From: Planctomycetota bacterium
GTDB lineage: Bacteria > Planctomycetota > B15-G4
Assembly: GCA_021604805.1 (NCBI GenBank)
Contig: BQJR01000001.1
Span: 720,925 to 784,924, forward strand
Reading direction: 5' to 3'
Length of the DNA: 64,000 bases
Positions 10,856-20,556 of this stretch are shown here, piece by piece (the stretch's first letter is position 1; each line of letters starts with the position of its first letter). Below the pieces are notes generated by a model. The model was not told the origin of the DNA. It saw only the letters and a list, made by a program, of their open reading frames with translations, and ran no database searches. Position numbers and translations under genes: made by a program.

Positions 10856-12681
10856 GCGTCGGGGATCCAGAGAGAGGAGGGAGTTTCGGAGGGTGCCAAG
10901 TAGCCGAGCTCGGCGAGACGATCCAAGCGTTCCTGATCCTCGCTTGCCGAGCCCGCGAGATCGAGACCTTGCGCGGCTTGCAACCAGGCGATCAGCCGCG
11001 CACGCAGCTGCCGCGCGTGTTCGGGTTGTTGTTCGGAGAGCTCGGTTTCGCAGCGCGGGTCGTCGCGCAGATCGTAGAGCCGCAGCTCGTGGGCGAGGAA
11101 GCGCTCCGACATCACGGGCTGTTGCTCGTCGCGCAGCTGGAGGATCAGGTGCCAGCCCTCGTACGTGAGCGAAGCCGAGAACCCGTGGGCCGAGAGCGCG
11201 AAGCGCGGCGCCGCGCGCGCGCTCACGGCAGACGTAGCAGGCTCGGCCAGACGGCGCAGATCGCGGCCGGGCCAGGTCACGTCGGACACAGCCCCCCACT
11301 TGAGCAAGGTCGCGCCCAGGTCGGCGTGGCTGACGGGTTCGCTCACACGCACACCGGCAGGCATCCCCGGCCCGACGAGCAGCAGCGGCACGTGCAGCGT
11401 GTCGGGGAACAGGCCGGCGTGACCGAAGTGGATGCCATGTGCGCCCAGCGATTCGCCGTGGTCGGCGGTGAGCGCCACGGCGGCGTCGCGCAGAGCCGGG
11501 TGCTCGAGGAGCGTGCCGAGTTCTTCGTCGAGGAAGGACACCTCGGCTTTGTAGAGCGCGCGCAGGTAGTCGAGGTCGCGCACCTTGCGATAGGGCTCGG
11601 GCAGCACCTCGGCGGACACGTCGAGCGGCGGCAGCGTCGGGTCGGCCGGGTCCCGCTCGGGTGACCAGTAGTGTTCGCGCCAACGCTGCGGCGCGCGGTA
11701 CGGGCGGTGCGCATCGAAGAGATGCACCCACACGAAGAGCGGCTCGTCGCCGACTTCCGTGAGCCAGTGTTGCGCGAGCGACAAGCTCGGCGGCGCCGCA
11801 CGCTCTCCTCTGGGCGTGGGCCAACTCATGCGCTCGAAGCCCTGCCCCAGCCCGCTCTCGGGATCACCGAGATGTCGCGCCGACACGAGCGCCAGCGTGC
11901 GGAAGCCCTGCGCCGCGAAGTGTTCGGCGAGCGTGTCGGCACGAGCGCTGAGCGGCACGCTGTTGTCGTCGATGCCGAGATCGCGCGGGTGCACGCCGGT
12001 GAACAAGCTCATGTGCGAGGGGTTGGTGACGTTCGTCGGCGCGAGGCAGTCTTCGAAGAGCACGCCGCGCGCGGCGAGCGTGTCGAGCGTGGGTGTGAGC
12101 GGCGCGTCGACCGCGCCCGACGCACCCAGGTGATCGGCGCGATGCGTGTCGCTCGTGATCAGCAGCACGCGGCGCGCGCGGCGGCCCGCGGCGAGCAGCG
12201 CGCTCTCGGCCACGAGCACCTGCTCGCCGTCGCGCCCACTCGGCAGATGCAGCTCCAACTCGAGCGAGCTGCCTGCGGGCGCAGCCAATTGCAGTCGCCG
12301 CGCGTACCAGCTCGGGTCGCCCGGCGCCACGGGGAGCAACACGCGGCGGCTCGTCCATTCACCTCCGGGGGCGCGCTCGCGCAGCTCGATCTCGAGGTCG
12401 GCGCCCGGCGGCAAAGCCTGCTCAGGACGCCCCAGCGCGAAACCCAGGCTGGCGGCTGGGGGCAGCTCGTGCAACGTGAGTCGCAGGCTCTGCCCCGCGC
12501 TCAGCGTGCTGGCTCGACGCACTTCGCCCGACGCCTCACCGAGGCTCAGCAGCGCCTGCTCGGCGTTCCAGTGCAGCGCCCGATAGCTGGCGGGACGCTC
12601 GAGCGCGGGATCGGAGCAGGCCTGCGCCAGCAGCGCGAGCACGAGCAACAGAGCTGGGAGGGCGCGCACCGCCAACTCCAT
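10828..12681 (-). CDS. Sulfatase-fold lipoprotein 4, T-N-P-S-H variant (about 617 aa)
   Basis: Lipobox LLAQAC; LITSDTHRADH, PTNVTNPSHMSLFTG, WVHLFDAHRPY, LTADHGE, LAELGY...CARCRR. Start is ATG 12681 or GTG 12696. Confidence 0.85.
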   Translation of the reverse strand: MELAVRALPALLLVLALLAQACSDPALERPASYRALHWNAEQALLSLGEASGEVRRASTLSAGQSLRLTLHELPPAASLGFALGRPEQALPPGADLEIELRERAPGGEWTSRRVLLPVAPGDPSWYARRLQLAAPAGSSLELELHLPSGRDGEQVLVAESALLAAGRRARRVLLITSDTHRADHLGASGAVDAPLTPTLDTLAARGVLFEDCLAPTNVTNPSHMSLFTGVHPRDLGIDDNSVPLSARADTLAEHFAAQGFRTLALVSARHLGDPESGLGQGFERMSWPTPRGERAAPPSLSLAQHWLTEVGDEPLFVWVHLFDAHRPYRAPQRWREHYWSPERDPADPTLPPLDVSAEVLPEPYRKVRDLDYLRALYKAEVSFLDEELGTLLEHPALRDAAVALTADHGESLGAHGIHFGHAGLFPDTLHVPLLLVGPGMPAGVRVSEPVSHADLGATLLKWGAVSDVTWPGRDLRRLAEPATSAVSARAAPRFALSAHGFSASLTYEGWHLILQLRDEQQPVMSERFLAHELRLYDLRDDPRCETELSEQQPEHARQLRARLIAWLQAAQGLDLAGSASEDQERLDRLAELGYLAPSETPSSLWIPDACARCRRWD

Positions 12682-12703
12682 CACGACCACGAGCACGAAC
12701 GAG

Positions 12704-12733
12704 TTGCGTCATCCTACCCCAGCGCACGACAAT
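12704..12733 (+). promoter_or_regulatory. Putative tRNA promoter TTGCGT-N18-GACAAT
   Basis: Hexamers at 12704-12709 and 12728-12733, 10 nt before the tRNA 5' end. Confidence 0.4.
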
Positions 12734-12743
12734 GGCCGCTGCT

Positions 12744-12827
12744 GCGAGGGTGGCGGAATGGCAGACGCGCCAGATTTAGGATCTGGTGGGGAAACCCGTG
12801 CGGGTTCGAGTCCCGCCCTTCGCACCA
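12744..12827 (+). tRNA. tRNA-Leu (anticodon TAG), CCA encoded
   Basis: Acceptor stem GCGAGGG/CCTTCGC, D-arm GCGGAATGGCAGACGC, anticodon arm CCAGA-TTTAGGA-TCTGG, long variable arm TGGGGAAACCC, T-arm GGTTCGAGTCC and 3' ACCA. Confidence 0.97.
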
Positions 12828-12830
12828 ACT

Positions 12831-13172
12831 TCAGCCCATCACGGCCTTGGTCGTGATCGCGTGCACGCCGACGACCGGCAGGTAGATCGTCACGGCCACC
12901 AGGGCAGCCACGCGCGCGTGCTGCAGCGGCGCGCGCTTGTTGATCCAGAGCAGGCACAGGCCCGTGAGGCCGATCTTGATCAGCGCGAAGAGCTGCGGGC
13001 CGGTGGTGTCGAGCAGCCAGCCCATGGCCGGATTCACTTCGCGTGCCACGGAGAGCCCCATGAGGCGCGTGGTCGCGAAGGCGTCGATGCAGACCAGGAA
13101 CAGCACGAACCAGCTCACGGTGGAGATCGGGGCGCCCAGCAGGCGCGGCGTCGTGGCACGTGAGATGGTCAT
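12831..13172 (-). CDS. DUF5658-like small membrane protein (113 aa)
   Basis: Pattern D-x-x-x-T...(R)EVNPAM...LF.LIK with three to four hydrophobic segments. Start taken at MTISRATT (ATG 13172). Confidence 0.7.
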   Translation of the reverse strand: MTISRATTPRLLGAPISTVSWFVLFLVCIDAFATTRLMGLSVAREVNPAMGWLLDTTGPQLFALIKIGLTGLCLLWINKRAPLQHARVAALVAVTIYLPVVGVHAITTKAVMG

Positions 13173-13346
13173 GGCAGCTCCAGCGGTGACGAGGGACAGC
13201 CTGCCCCATCGTCTGCGCAGCGGGACGACTTGACCGACTTCTGCCAAGCCGCGCAGCGCCGCCTGGAGCGGGCCTTCCGTACGGCAGCGCGCCGCCTGGG
13301 CCCCCCGCTTCTCGCCCGGCTCTCGTGGCCGAGCGGGGCCCTCGCC

Positions 13347-13760
13347 TCAGTGCCCTTCGCTGACCGCGTTGCGGTTCCAGGAGGGCACGCGCACGAGCAC
13401 CGGCTTGCTGCCGTCGGGCACGGCCTGGCAACCCAAGCGCGACTTGTCGGTGAGGCCCGGCGCGAGGTCGAGCATGTCTTCCTCGGCGTCGGTGGACTCG
13501 TTGCAACTGTCGCCGCCCGACTCCACGATCACGTGGCAGGTGCTGCAGGCGCACACGCCGCCGCAGGCGTGGTCGATGTCGATGCCGTTGCCGCAAGCGA
13601 TGTCGAGGATCGAGCCGGGCAGACCTTCGTGGCTGTAAGGCAGCTTGGCCGGGTCGACCTCCACCAGGCGTTCTTCGTCGCCCAACTGGAACACGATCTC
13701 GTAGGGCTTGCTGGGCAGCGGGGTTTCGGCGGAGTCGATGTAAGGGTTCTTGCCGGCCAT
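13347..13760 (-). CDS. fdx: 2Fe-2S ferredoxin, ISC/adrenodoxin type (137 aa)
   Basis: HACGGVCACSTCHV...EEDMLDLAPGLTDKSRLGCQ is the adrenodoxin-type C-x5-C-x2-C...C motif. Start is MAGKNPYI. Confidence 0.92.
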   Translation of the reverse strand: MAGKNPYIDSAETPLPSKPYEIVFQLGDEERLVEVDPAKLPYSHEGLPGSILDIACGNGIDIDHACGGVCACSTCHVIVESGGDSCNESTDAEEDMLDLAPGLTDKSRLGCQAVPDGSKPVLVRVPSWNRNAVSEGH

Positions 13761-13814
13761 GTGAGCTTCCGAGATCTGGGGGACGCGTACCTGCGCGCGG
13801 TCGACGAGTCTAGC

Positions 13815-13848
13815 CGGGGCGTGAGTCGCGCGCACGACTCACGCCCCG
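13815..13848. repeat. Perfect 14-bp inverted repeat upstream of fdx
   Basis: CGGGGCGTGAGTCG-cgcgca-CGACTCACGCCCCG. On the minus strand it is followed by TAGACT (13812-13807), a plausible -10 box for fdx. Confidence 0.75.
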
Positions 13849-13923
13849 TTGTCTCAGCGCGGGCCTCGGCTCGGGCTCCGGGGTCGGCTCGTCCTGCGGA
13901 CCCCGACGCCCAGCCGGGGCAGC

Positions 13924-16833
13924 TCAGCCGTCGACCCGAGCGGGCTCCACGAGCACCCAACTGGCGCGTTCACGCGCCAGGTACTCGGCGGCCAGGACGG
14001 AGAGCTGCGGCGCCGTGATGTCGAGGTAGTCACGCTCCAGGCGACGCATGTCGTCGAGCTGCTCGGGGCGGCTCTGACTCTGCTGCAGCGCTTGCACCCA
14101 GAAGCTGTTCTGGCGTTGGGCGTCGCGCACCTGCTTGAGCTGCGGCTCGCGCAGGCGGTCGAGTTCCTCTTGGGTGACGCCCTCCTTGGCGAGCGCATCG
14201 CCGATCGTGAGCGCGGCCTCGAGCACGGTGTCGGCGCTGGCCGGCTCGGCGTTGGCGTTGATCGTGAGCATGCCCACGCCGGGGAACACGGAGCTGGCCG
14301 TGCTGCCTGCGCCCGGCGAGTACGACTCACCGAGTTCTTCGCGGATCGTCTCGCGCACGCGGTCGCCCACGATCGCGCCGAGCATCGTGAGCTGACGACG
14401 CAGGCGCGCGTCGAAGCCGTCGGTGGTCGGGTAGTCCACGCGCACGAGCGTGCGCTCGTCGGCGGTCTCGATGCTGTGACGCTGATGCAAACCGGTGACG
14501 ACGTTGACCACGAGGTTCTCGGGGTGACTGCGCGCTTCACGACGCGCGGACAACTTGCCCACCGTGCGCGCCGCGGCGTCGAGCACAGCGTCCACCTCGA
14601 AGTCACCCACCACCGAGATCTCGAGCGGCGCGCTGGCGAACTGCGGCGCGGCCCAGGCCTTGATCATCGGCACGGTCACGGCTTCCACCGCATCCTGGTC
14701 GGGCAGTCCGAAGCGCATGTCGCCGCCGTGCAGCGCGGGCATGTACTCGCGCAGCATCGGGCCTTGCGCGGTGTGACTCAGCTGCTGGTAGATCAGCGGG
14801 ATGAACTGACGCACCTGGCCCATGCCGTCGTCGCGCCAACCGGGATCGCTGAGGAAGGCCGCGAGCAACTCGAACTGCAACAACAGGTCTTCGGGCGCGG
14901 TGCCGCCGACGAGGTTGAACGCGTCTTCGTCGGGCTGCAGGTTCACGCCCACCTGCTTACCTGCCGTGAGGCGACGCAGGTCGTCGGCGCTGTGCGCACC
15001 GAGGCCGATGTTGTTCATCTGGAAGCCGGCCACCATGGCGATCGCGACCAGCTCGGGGTCGAGCGCGAGCTGACCTTCGCCGAGGCGCGCACTGACGAGG
15101 ATCTGGCGCTCCTTGAAGTCGGTGACCTTCATGTTGAGCAGCACGCCGTTGGCGAAGCGCACTTGGTGGATGTCGAGGTCTTCGATGTGGCTGCGCGCGT
15201 CGATGGCGCCGGGTGCTTCGTCGGTGGACGCGTAGGCGAAGTCGAGGTGTTCGCGCTCGGCCAGCGGCTCGACCTCCACGACGCGGCTCTTGGCCAGCGC
15301 CTCTCGCAGCATGCCCGCGCCGTTCTCACCGAGGTCCAGGCCACCGGTGGACGTGAGCGAGGTGCGGCCGCGTTCCCAGGCCTTCACGAAGGCGTCGTGG
15401 GCGGCTTCGACGGTGACGGCCTCGTAGGCCGGGCGCAGCACATCGCGATCCGTGGCGGCGTCGGTGAGCACGAAGTCGCCGCGCACAGAGGCCACGATCT
15501 CGCTCGCCAGGCTGCCACTGCTGCGCGTCATCGCGCGCTCCACCGACTCATCGAGTGAGCGCAGACGATTGGCGCGCACTTCGTCGAGCTCCGCTTGCTG
15601 GAAGCCGTACTTCAGCGCGCGACGCAGCTCTTGCTCGGCAGCGGCCAAGGCGGGCTCCCAGTTCTCGGGGTCGGCGGTCACGTTGAGCGTTTCGCCGTCG
15701 ATGAGCTCGAGCGCGGACGCGGACCCCACGCCGGCGTTCACGAAGGGCGCGTCTTCTTTCTTGGCCAGTTCGCTGAAGCGCAGGTTGAGCATCGCGCGCG
15801 CCATGCTGAGCGGGAGGTCTTTGACCATGTTCGCGCGCGTGGGTTCTTCGGGGGTGTATTCGCGCTGCACGGAGAGGCTCAAGTTCACCACCGGCAACTC
15901 TGAGTCGTAGAGCGCGTAGAAGCGCTCCTTGAACGACGGCGTGCCGCGGTCGGGCAGCGGGCGCTTGGCCTGGGTGGGCGCGGGGATGCTGCCCATGATG
16001 TCTTCGAAGAGCGGCTCGGGGTTCAGGCCGTCGAGGTCACCGACGAGCACCAGCACCATGTTGTCGGGGCGGTACCAGCGCTCGTAGAAGGCGCGCACGC
16101 TGCCCGCGGTGAAGCCGTCGCGCACGGTCTGCACGCCGATCGGGATGCGCTTGGGGATGCGCGTGCCGTCGAACTGCTTGCTGAGCGCTTCGATGCCGAC
16201 GCGGAAGCTGGCGCTGTCGCGCTCGCGCTGCTCGCCGTCGATGACACCCTTTTCCTTCTCGACTTCCACGCTGTCGAGATCGAGCCCGACCGCGTAGTCG
16301 CGGAACACGGTGAGCGCCTCGCGCAGGTCTTGCTCACGCGAGTCGGGCAGGTTGAGCATGTAGATGGTCTCGTCGAAACCGGTGCTCGCGTTCACGTGCG
16401 CACCGAAGCTCATGCCCTTGCTCTGGAACCAAGTGATCAACTCGCCGGCCTTGAAGTTCTCGCTGCCGTTGAAGCCCATGTGTTCCAGGAAGTGCGCCAT
16501 GCCCTGCTCGCTCTCGAGCTCGGCCAACGACCCCACGTTCACGTGCAGGCGCAGGTAGCTGCGCTGGTCGGGCTCGGGATGGTCGAGCCACACGTAGCGC
16601 ATGCCGTTGTCGAGTTGGCCGAAGGTGAGGTCGGGGTTCGGGCGCAGGTCGGAGCGCACGTGGGCCCAGCTGTTGGGCTGCACGACGGGCGTCGCGGGCG
16701 TTTGATCTTGTGCGGTTTGCACGGGCGCAGGCGCCGGGGGCGCGTCGCTGCCGTCGTGGGTGGAACCGCAGGCGGTGAACGAGAACAGGAGGGCTGCGGA
16801 GAGCAGCTCGACGAGACGTCGCTGCAGGGCCAT
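13924..16833 (-). CDS. M16 family zinc protease lipoprotein, PqqL-like (969 aa)
   Basis: Lipobox FSFTAC; GQLDNGMRYV, the intact zinc motif AHFLEHMGFNGS, NASTGFDETIY and a four-lobe M16 architecture. Confidence 0.92.
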   Translation of the reverse strand: MALQRRLVELLSAALLFSFTACGSTHDGSDAPPAPAPVQTAQDQTPATPVVQPNSWAHVRSDLRPNPDLTFGQLDNGMRYVWLDHPEPDQRSYLRLHVNVGSLAELESEQGMAHFLEHMGFNGSENFKAGELITWFQSKGMSFGAHVNASTGFDETIYMLNLPDSREQDLREALTVFRDYAVGLDLDSVEVEKEKGVIDGEQRERDSASFRVGIEALSKQFDGTRIPKRIPIGVQTVRDGFTAGSVRAFYERWYRPDNMVLVLVGDLDGLNPEPLFEDIMGSIPAPTQAKRPLPDRGTPSFKERFYALYDSELPVVNLSLSVQREYTPEEPTRANMVKDLPLSMARAMLNLRFSELAKKEDAPFVNAGVGSASALELIDGETLNVTADPENWEPALAAAEQELRRALKYGFQQAELDEVRANRLRSLDESVERAMTRSSGSLASEIVASVRGDFVLTDAATDRDVLRPAYEAVTVEAAHDAFVKAWERGRTSLTSTGGLDLGENGAGMLREALAKSRVVEVEPLAEREHLDFAYASTDEAPGAIDARSHIEDLDIHQVRFANGVLLNMKVTDFKERQILVSARLGEGQLALDPELVAIAMVAGFQMNNIGLGAHSADDLRRLTAGKQVGVNLQPDEDAFNLVGGTAPEDLLLQFELLAAFLSDPGWRDDGMGQVRQFIPLIYQQLSHTAQGPMLREYMPALHGGDMRFGLPDQDAVEAVTVPMIKAWAAPQFASAPLEISVVGDFEVDAVLDAAARTVGKLSARREARSHPENLVVNVVTGLHQRHSIETADERTLVRVDYPTTDGFDARLRRQLTMLGAIVGDRVRETIREELGESYSPGAGSTASSVFPGVGMLTINANAEPASADTVLEAALTIGDALAKEGVTQEELDRLREPQLKQVRDAQRQNSFWVQALQQSQSRPEQLDDMRRLERDYLDITAPQLSVLAAEYLARERASWVLVEPARVDG

Positions 16834-17059
16834 GAGGGGGCTCGCGCTGAGGGGTGGAGGACGTCGACCGGAGGGGCCGTTCGCGAAGTCACAGCGCGGG
16901 GCGCGTGTGCGGGGTGCAAACAGAACCAAAGGTTTGGGGCTTCGACGCTGTCCACCAGCGAACCTACAATCGCCGAGTCGATCAAGCCCACGCCGATGTC
17001 GAGAGCGCGGCGTGCGGGCTCTGGACGATCCGACAGAGCCACGCCGAGAGGAGCGATCG

Positions 17060-17826
<767 letters not shown>

Positions 17827-17830
<4 letters not shown>

Positions 17831-19452
17831 GCGGGTTGCAAGGCACGGCGGCGCTGCTCGCACTGATCAGGCTGCGTATGCGCGGACGCCTGCGCCGTCT
17901 GCGCGCCAACCTCAAGCGACCGAAGACCTTGCTGCTCGCGCTGCTCGGACTCGGCTTCGTGGCGCTGATCGTGATCGCCCAAGCGCACAACGACCACGAC
18001 CCCGCGCGCGACGAACTGATCGCGTCCTTCCCCCGGGTGCCGCTGCTCTCCTTCTTCCTCACCGCGTTCATGGTCACCACCGTGATCGGCGGCGTACGTC
18101 AAGGCGTGATGGCCTTCACGCCGGCCGAGGTGCACTTCCTGCTGCCGGGCCCCATCGGTTCGCGTGCGCTGATCCTCGCGCACCTGATCAACGCCTCGCT
18201 GAAGGTCGTCTTCTCGGCGCTCCTCTTCGCGGCTCTCCTCACGCCGGGGAACACACCCTGGGCGCGCGCGCTGCTCGGCTACTCGATGATCTTCTTGGTG
18301 CTCGTGGCACTCGGGCTGGTCGTGGATCTGGCTCACGCCAAGCTCTCGAGCGCCGCGCGCAAGCGTCGCGCCAAGTGGATCGGCGTGGGACTGCTCGGCG
18401 TGGCGGCGCTCGTGGCCGCGCTGCGCTTGTGGCTGCTCCCCCACGACGCCCTCGCGGCCTTGGCGCCGCTGGGCTGGCCCGCCTGGCCCTTCGTGCAGCT
18501 CATCCTCGGCGACGACCCGCAGCAGATCGCGCTCGGCGCCGCACTCGCCGTGGGCGCGCTGCTGGCCCTGCTCAGCTGCGCGTTCGGGATGCCCGCCGAC
18601 GTGCGCGAAGCCGCGCGTGGCACGAGCGAAGTCGTGCAACGCAAGCTCAAGCAGATGGGCAAGGGCCAGTGGATGCGCGATCGCCCCGACGCCGGGCAGC
18701 AACGTCGCAGCGCGCTGCGCATGCTGCCCACGCTCGGCGGAGCCGGGCCGCACTTGTGGCGTCAACTCATCACGCTGAGTCGCACCCGCCGCGGCCTGGC
18801 CATGCTGCTGTGGATGACGAGCGTGATCCTCGGCACGATGCTCTTCACCGCGCGCGACACCTTGCCCGTGGAGGCGATCACCGCCATGGGCGTGCTCATG
18901 CCGATGTTCATGGGCAGCATGTTCCTGCAGTGCGACTTCCGCGGCGACTACGAGAGCTTGGCCTGGATGCGCTCGCTGCCGTGTTCGCCCACGGCGCTCG
19001 CGGCCGGTCAGCTGATCGCGGGCACCTTGGTGATCTTTGCGCTGCAGCTCGTGTTCATGGTGTGGGCCTTGTTCAACGTCGACGCCGCCGCGCGCCCGTG
19101 GGTCGCCGGCGCCGTGCCGATGTTGCCCGCGCTCGTGTTGCTGCAACTGTGCGTGGAGAACGGCGCGTACTTGCTCTCACCGCACGCCATGCCGGGGAGC
19201 AACGGCCAGCCACCCGGCGCGGGACAGTTGCTGCGCTTCTACGGGCTCAGCTTGGTGAAGATGCTCACGCTCGTGGCGGCGCTCGTGCCGCCGGGCCTCG
19301 CGGGTGCCTTGGTCGGCTACTGGTCGGAGCAACCCGCGCTCGGGCTGATCGTGGGCGGCGCCGTGCTGTGGCTCGAGACCGCGCTGGCGGTCGGGCTCGT
19401 CGGGCGCATCTACTTGCGCGTGGATCCCAGCGTGGACCTCACGAGCGACTGA
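17827..19452 (+). CDS. Putative ABC exporter permease (about 12 TM, 541 aa)
   Basis: GTGA overlap with the ATPase gene. Two hydrophobic halves are joined by a basic loop, with the motif FTPAEVHFLLPGPI. Confidence 0.75.
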
Positions 19453-19470
19453 GCCGCCGCGCCGAATCGC

Positions 19471-20487
19471 TCAGGCGAAGATCGTGGTCGCGGCTTGCAG
19501 CGTGGCCTGCAGGGCGTCGTCGCCGACATCGCGATGGAACACGAAACGCAGGCGTTTCTCGCCGAGCGCGATGGCCGCCACGCCCGCGCGCTCGAAGGCC
19601 TGCTGCGCCGCCGAGGCCGAGTCGCGCGTGTCGACGAAGACGATGTTCGTGTGCACGGCCTCGAGATCCACCGACGCGCCGGGCAGCGCATCGAGCGCTT
19701 CGGCGAGCGTGCGCGCACGACGGTGGTCGTCAGCCATCAGCGCGGGCCCTTCCGCCAACGCGATCGACGCCGCCGCCGCGATCACGCCCGCCTGTCGCAT
19801 GCCGCCACCGAGCGCCTTGCGCAGCTTGCGACAACGCTCCATCGGCTCGCGCTCGCCCACGACCACCGAGCCCACCGGCGCCCCCAAGCCCTTGCTCAAG
19901 CACACCGAAGCCAGGTCGACGCCCTGCAACAAGCGCGCCGGCGACAGCCCGCTCGCCACGGCGGCGTTCAGCAGGCGCGCGCCGTCCATGTGCACGGCGA
20001 GGCCGTGCTCGCGCGCCAACTCGATGAGCGCGTCGACCTCAGCTTGTGGGAGCACGGCGCCGCCCGCGAAGTTGTGCGTGTTCTCGAGGGACAGCAGCGC
20101 GGTGCGCGGGTAGTGGATGTCCTGCGCGCGGATCGTGGCGCGCACCTGCTCGGCGTCAAGCAGGCCGCGGCGACCGGGCAAGGCGCGGATCTGGCAGCTC
20201 CACAAGCGCGCCGCCGAGCCGACCTCGTTGAGCAGGATGTGCGCCTGGGCCTCGGCGATGATCTCGTCACCGGGAGACGTGAGCGCGCCCAGGCAGAGCT
20301 GATTGCCCATGGTGCCGCTGGGCACGAAGAGCGCGGCGGGCTTGCCGAACAGCTCGGCCGCCTGGGCCTCGAGCTGGTTCACCGACGGGTCTTCGCCGAA
20401 CACGTCGTCGCCCACGGGGGCCGCCGCCATCGCAGCGCGCATCGCGGGCGTGGGTTGCGTGACGGTGTCGCTACGCAGGTCGTGCAT
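19471..20487 (-). CDS. ltaE: Low-specificity L-threonine aldolase
   Basis: [44 protein letters not shown] and the PLP lysine in [11 protein letters not shown]. Confidence 0.95.
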   Translation of the reverse strand: MHDLRSDTVTQPTPAMRAAMAAAPVGDDVFGEDPSVNQLEAQAAELFGKPAALFVPSGTMGNQLCLGALTSPGDEIIAEAQAHILLNEVGSAARLWSCQIRALPGRRGLLDAEQVRATIRAQDIHYPRTALLSLENTHNFAGGAVLPQAEVDALIELAREHGLAVHMDGARLLNAAVASGLSPARLLQGVDLASVCLSKGLGAPVGSVVVGEREPMERCRKLRKALGGGMRQAGVIAAAASIALAEGPALMADDHRRARTLAEALDALPGASVDLEAVHTNIVFVDTRDSASAAQQAFERAGVAAIALGEKRLRFVFHRDVGDDALQATLQAATTIFA

Positions 20488-20556
20488 CGTCGGCGCTCAC
20501 TCGCGGAAAAGCGGCGCAGTGTAGCAGCAGCCCGCGCACGCTAGACTCGGCGACTC

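Noticed and set aside
10856-11824. N-terminal 323-aa extension of ORF 8480-11824
   Set aside because: It is Arg/Ala-rich off-frame sequence overlapping sulfatase-fold gene 4. The signal peptide and lipobox start at ATG 10855.
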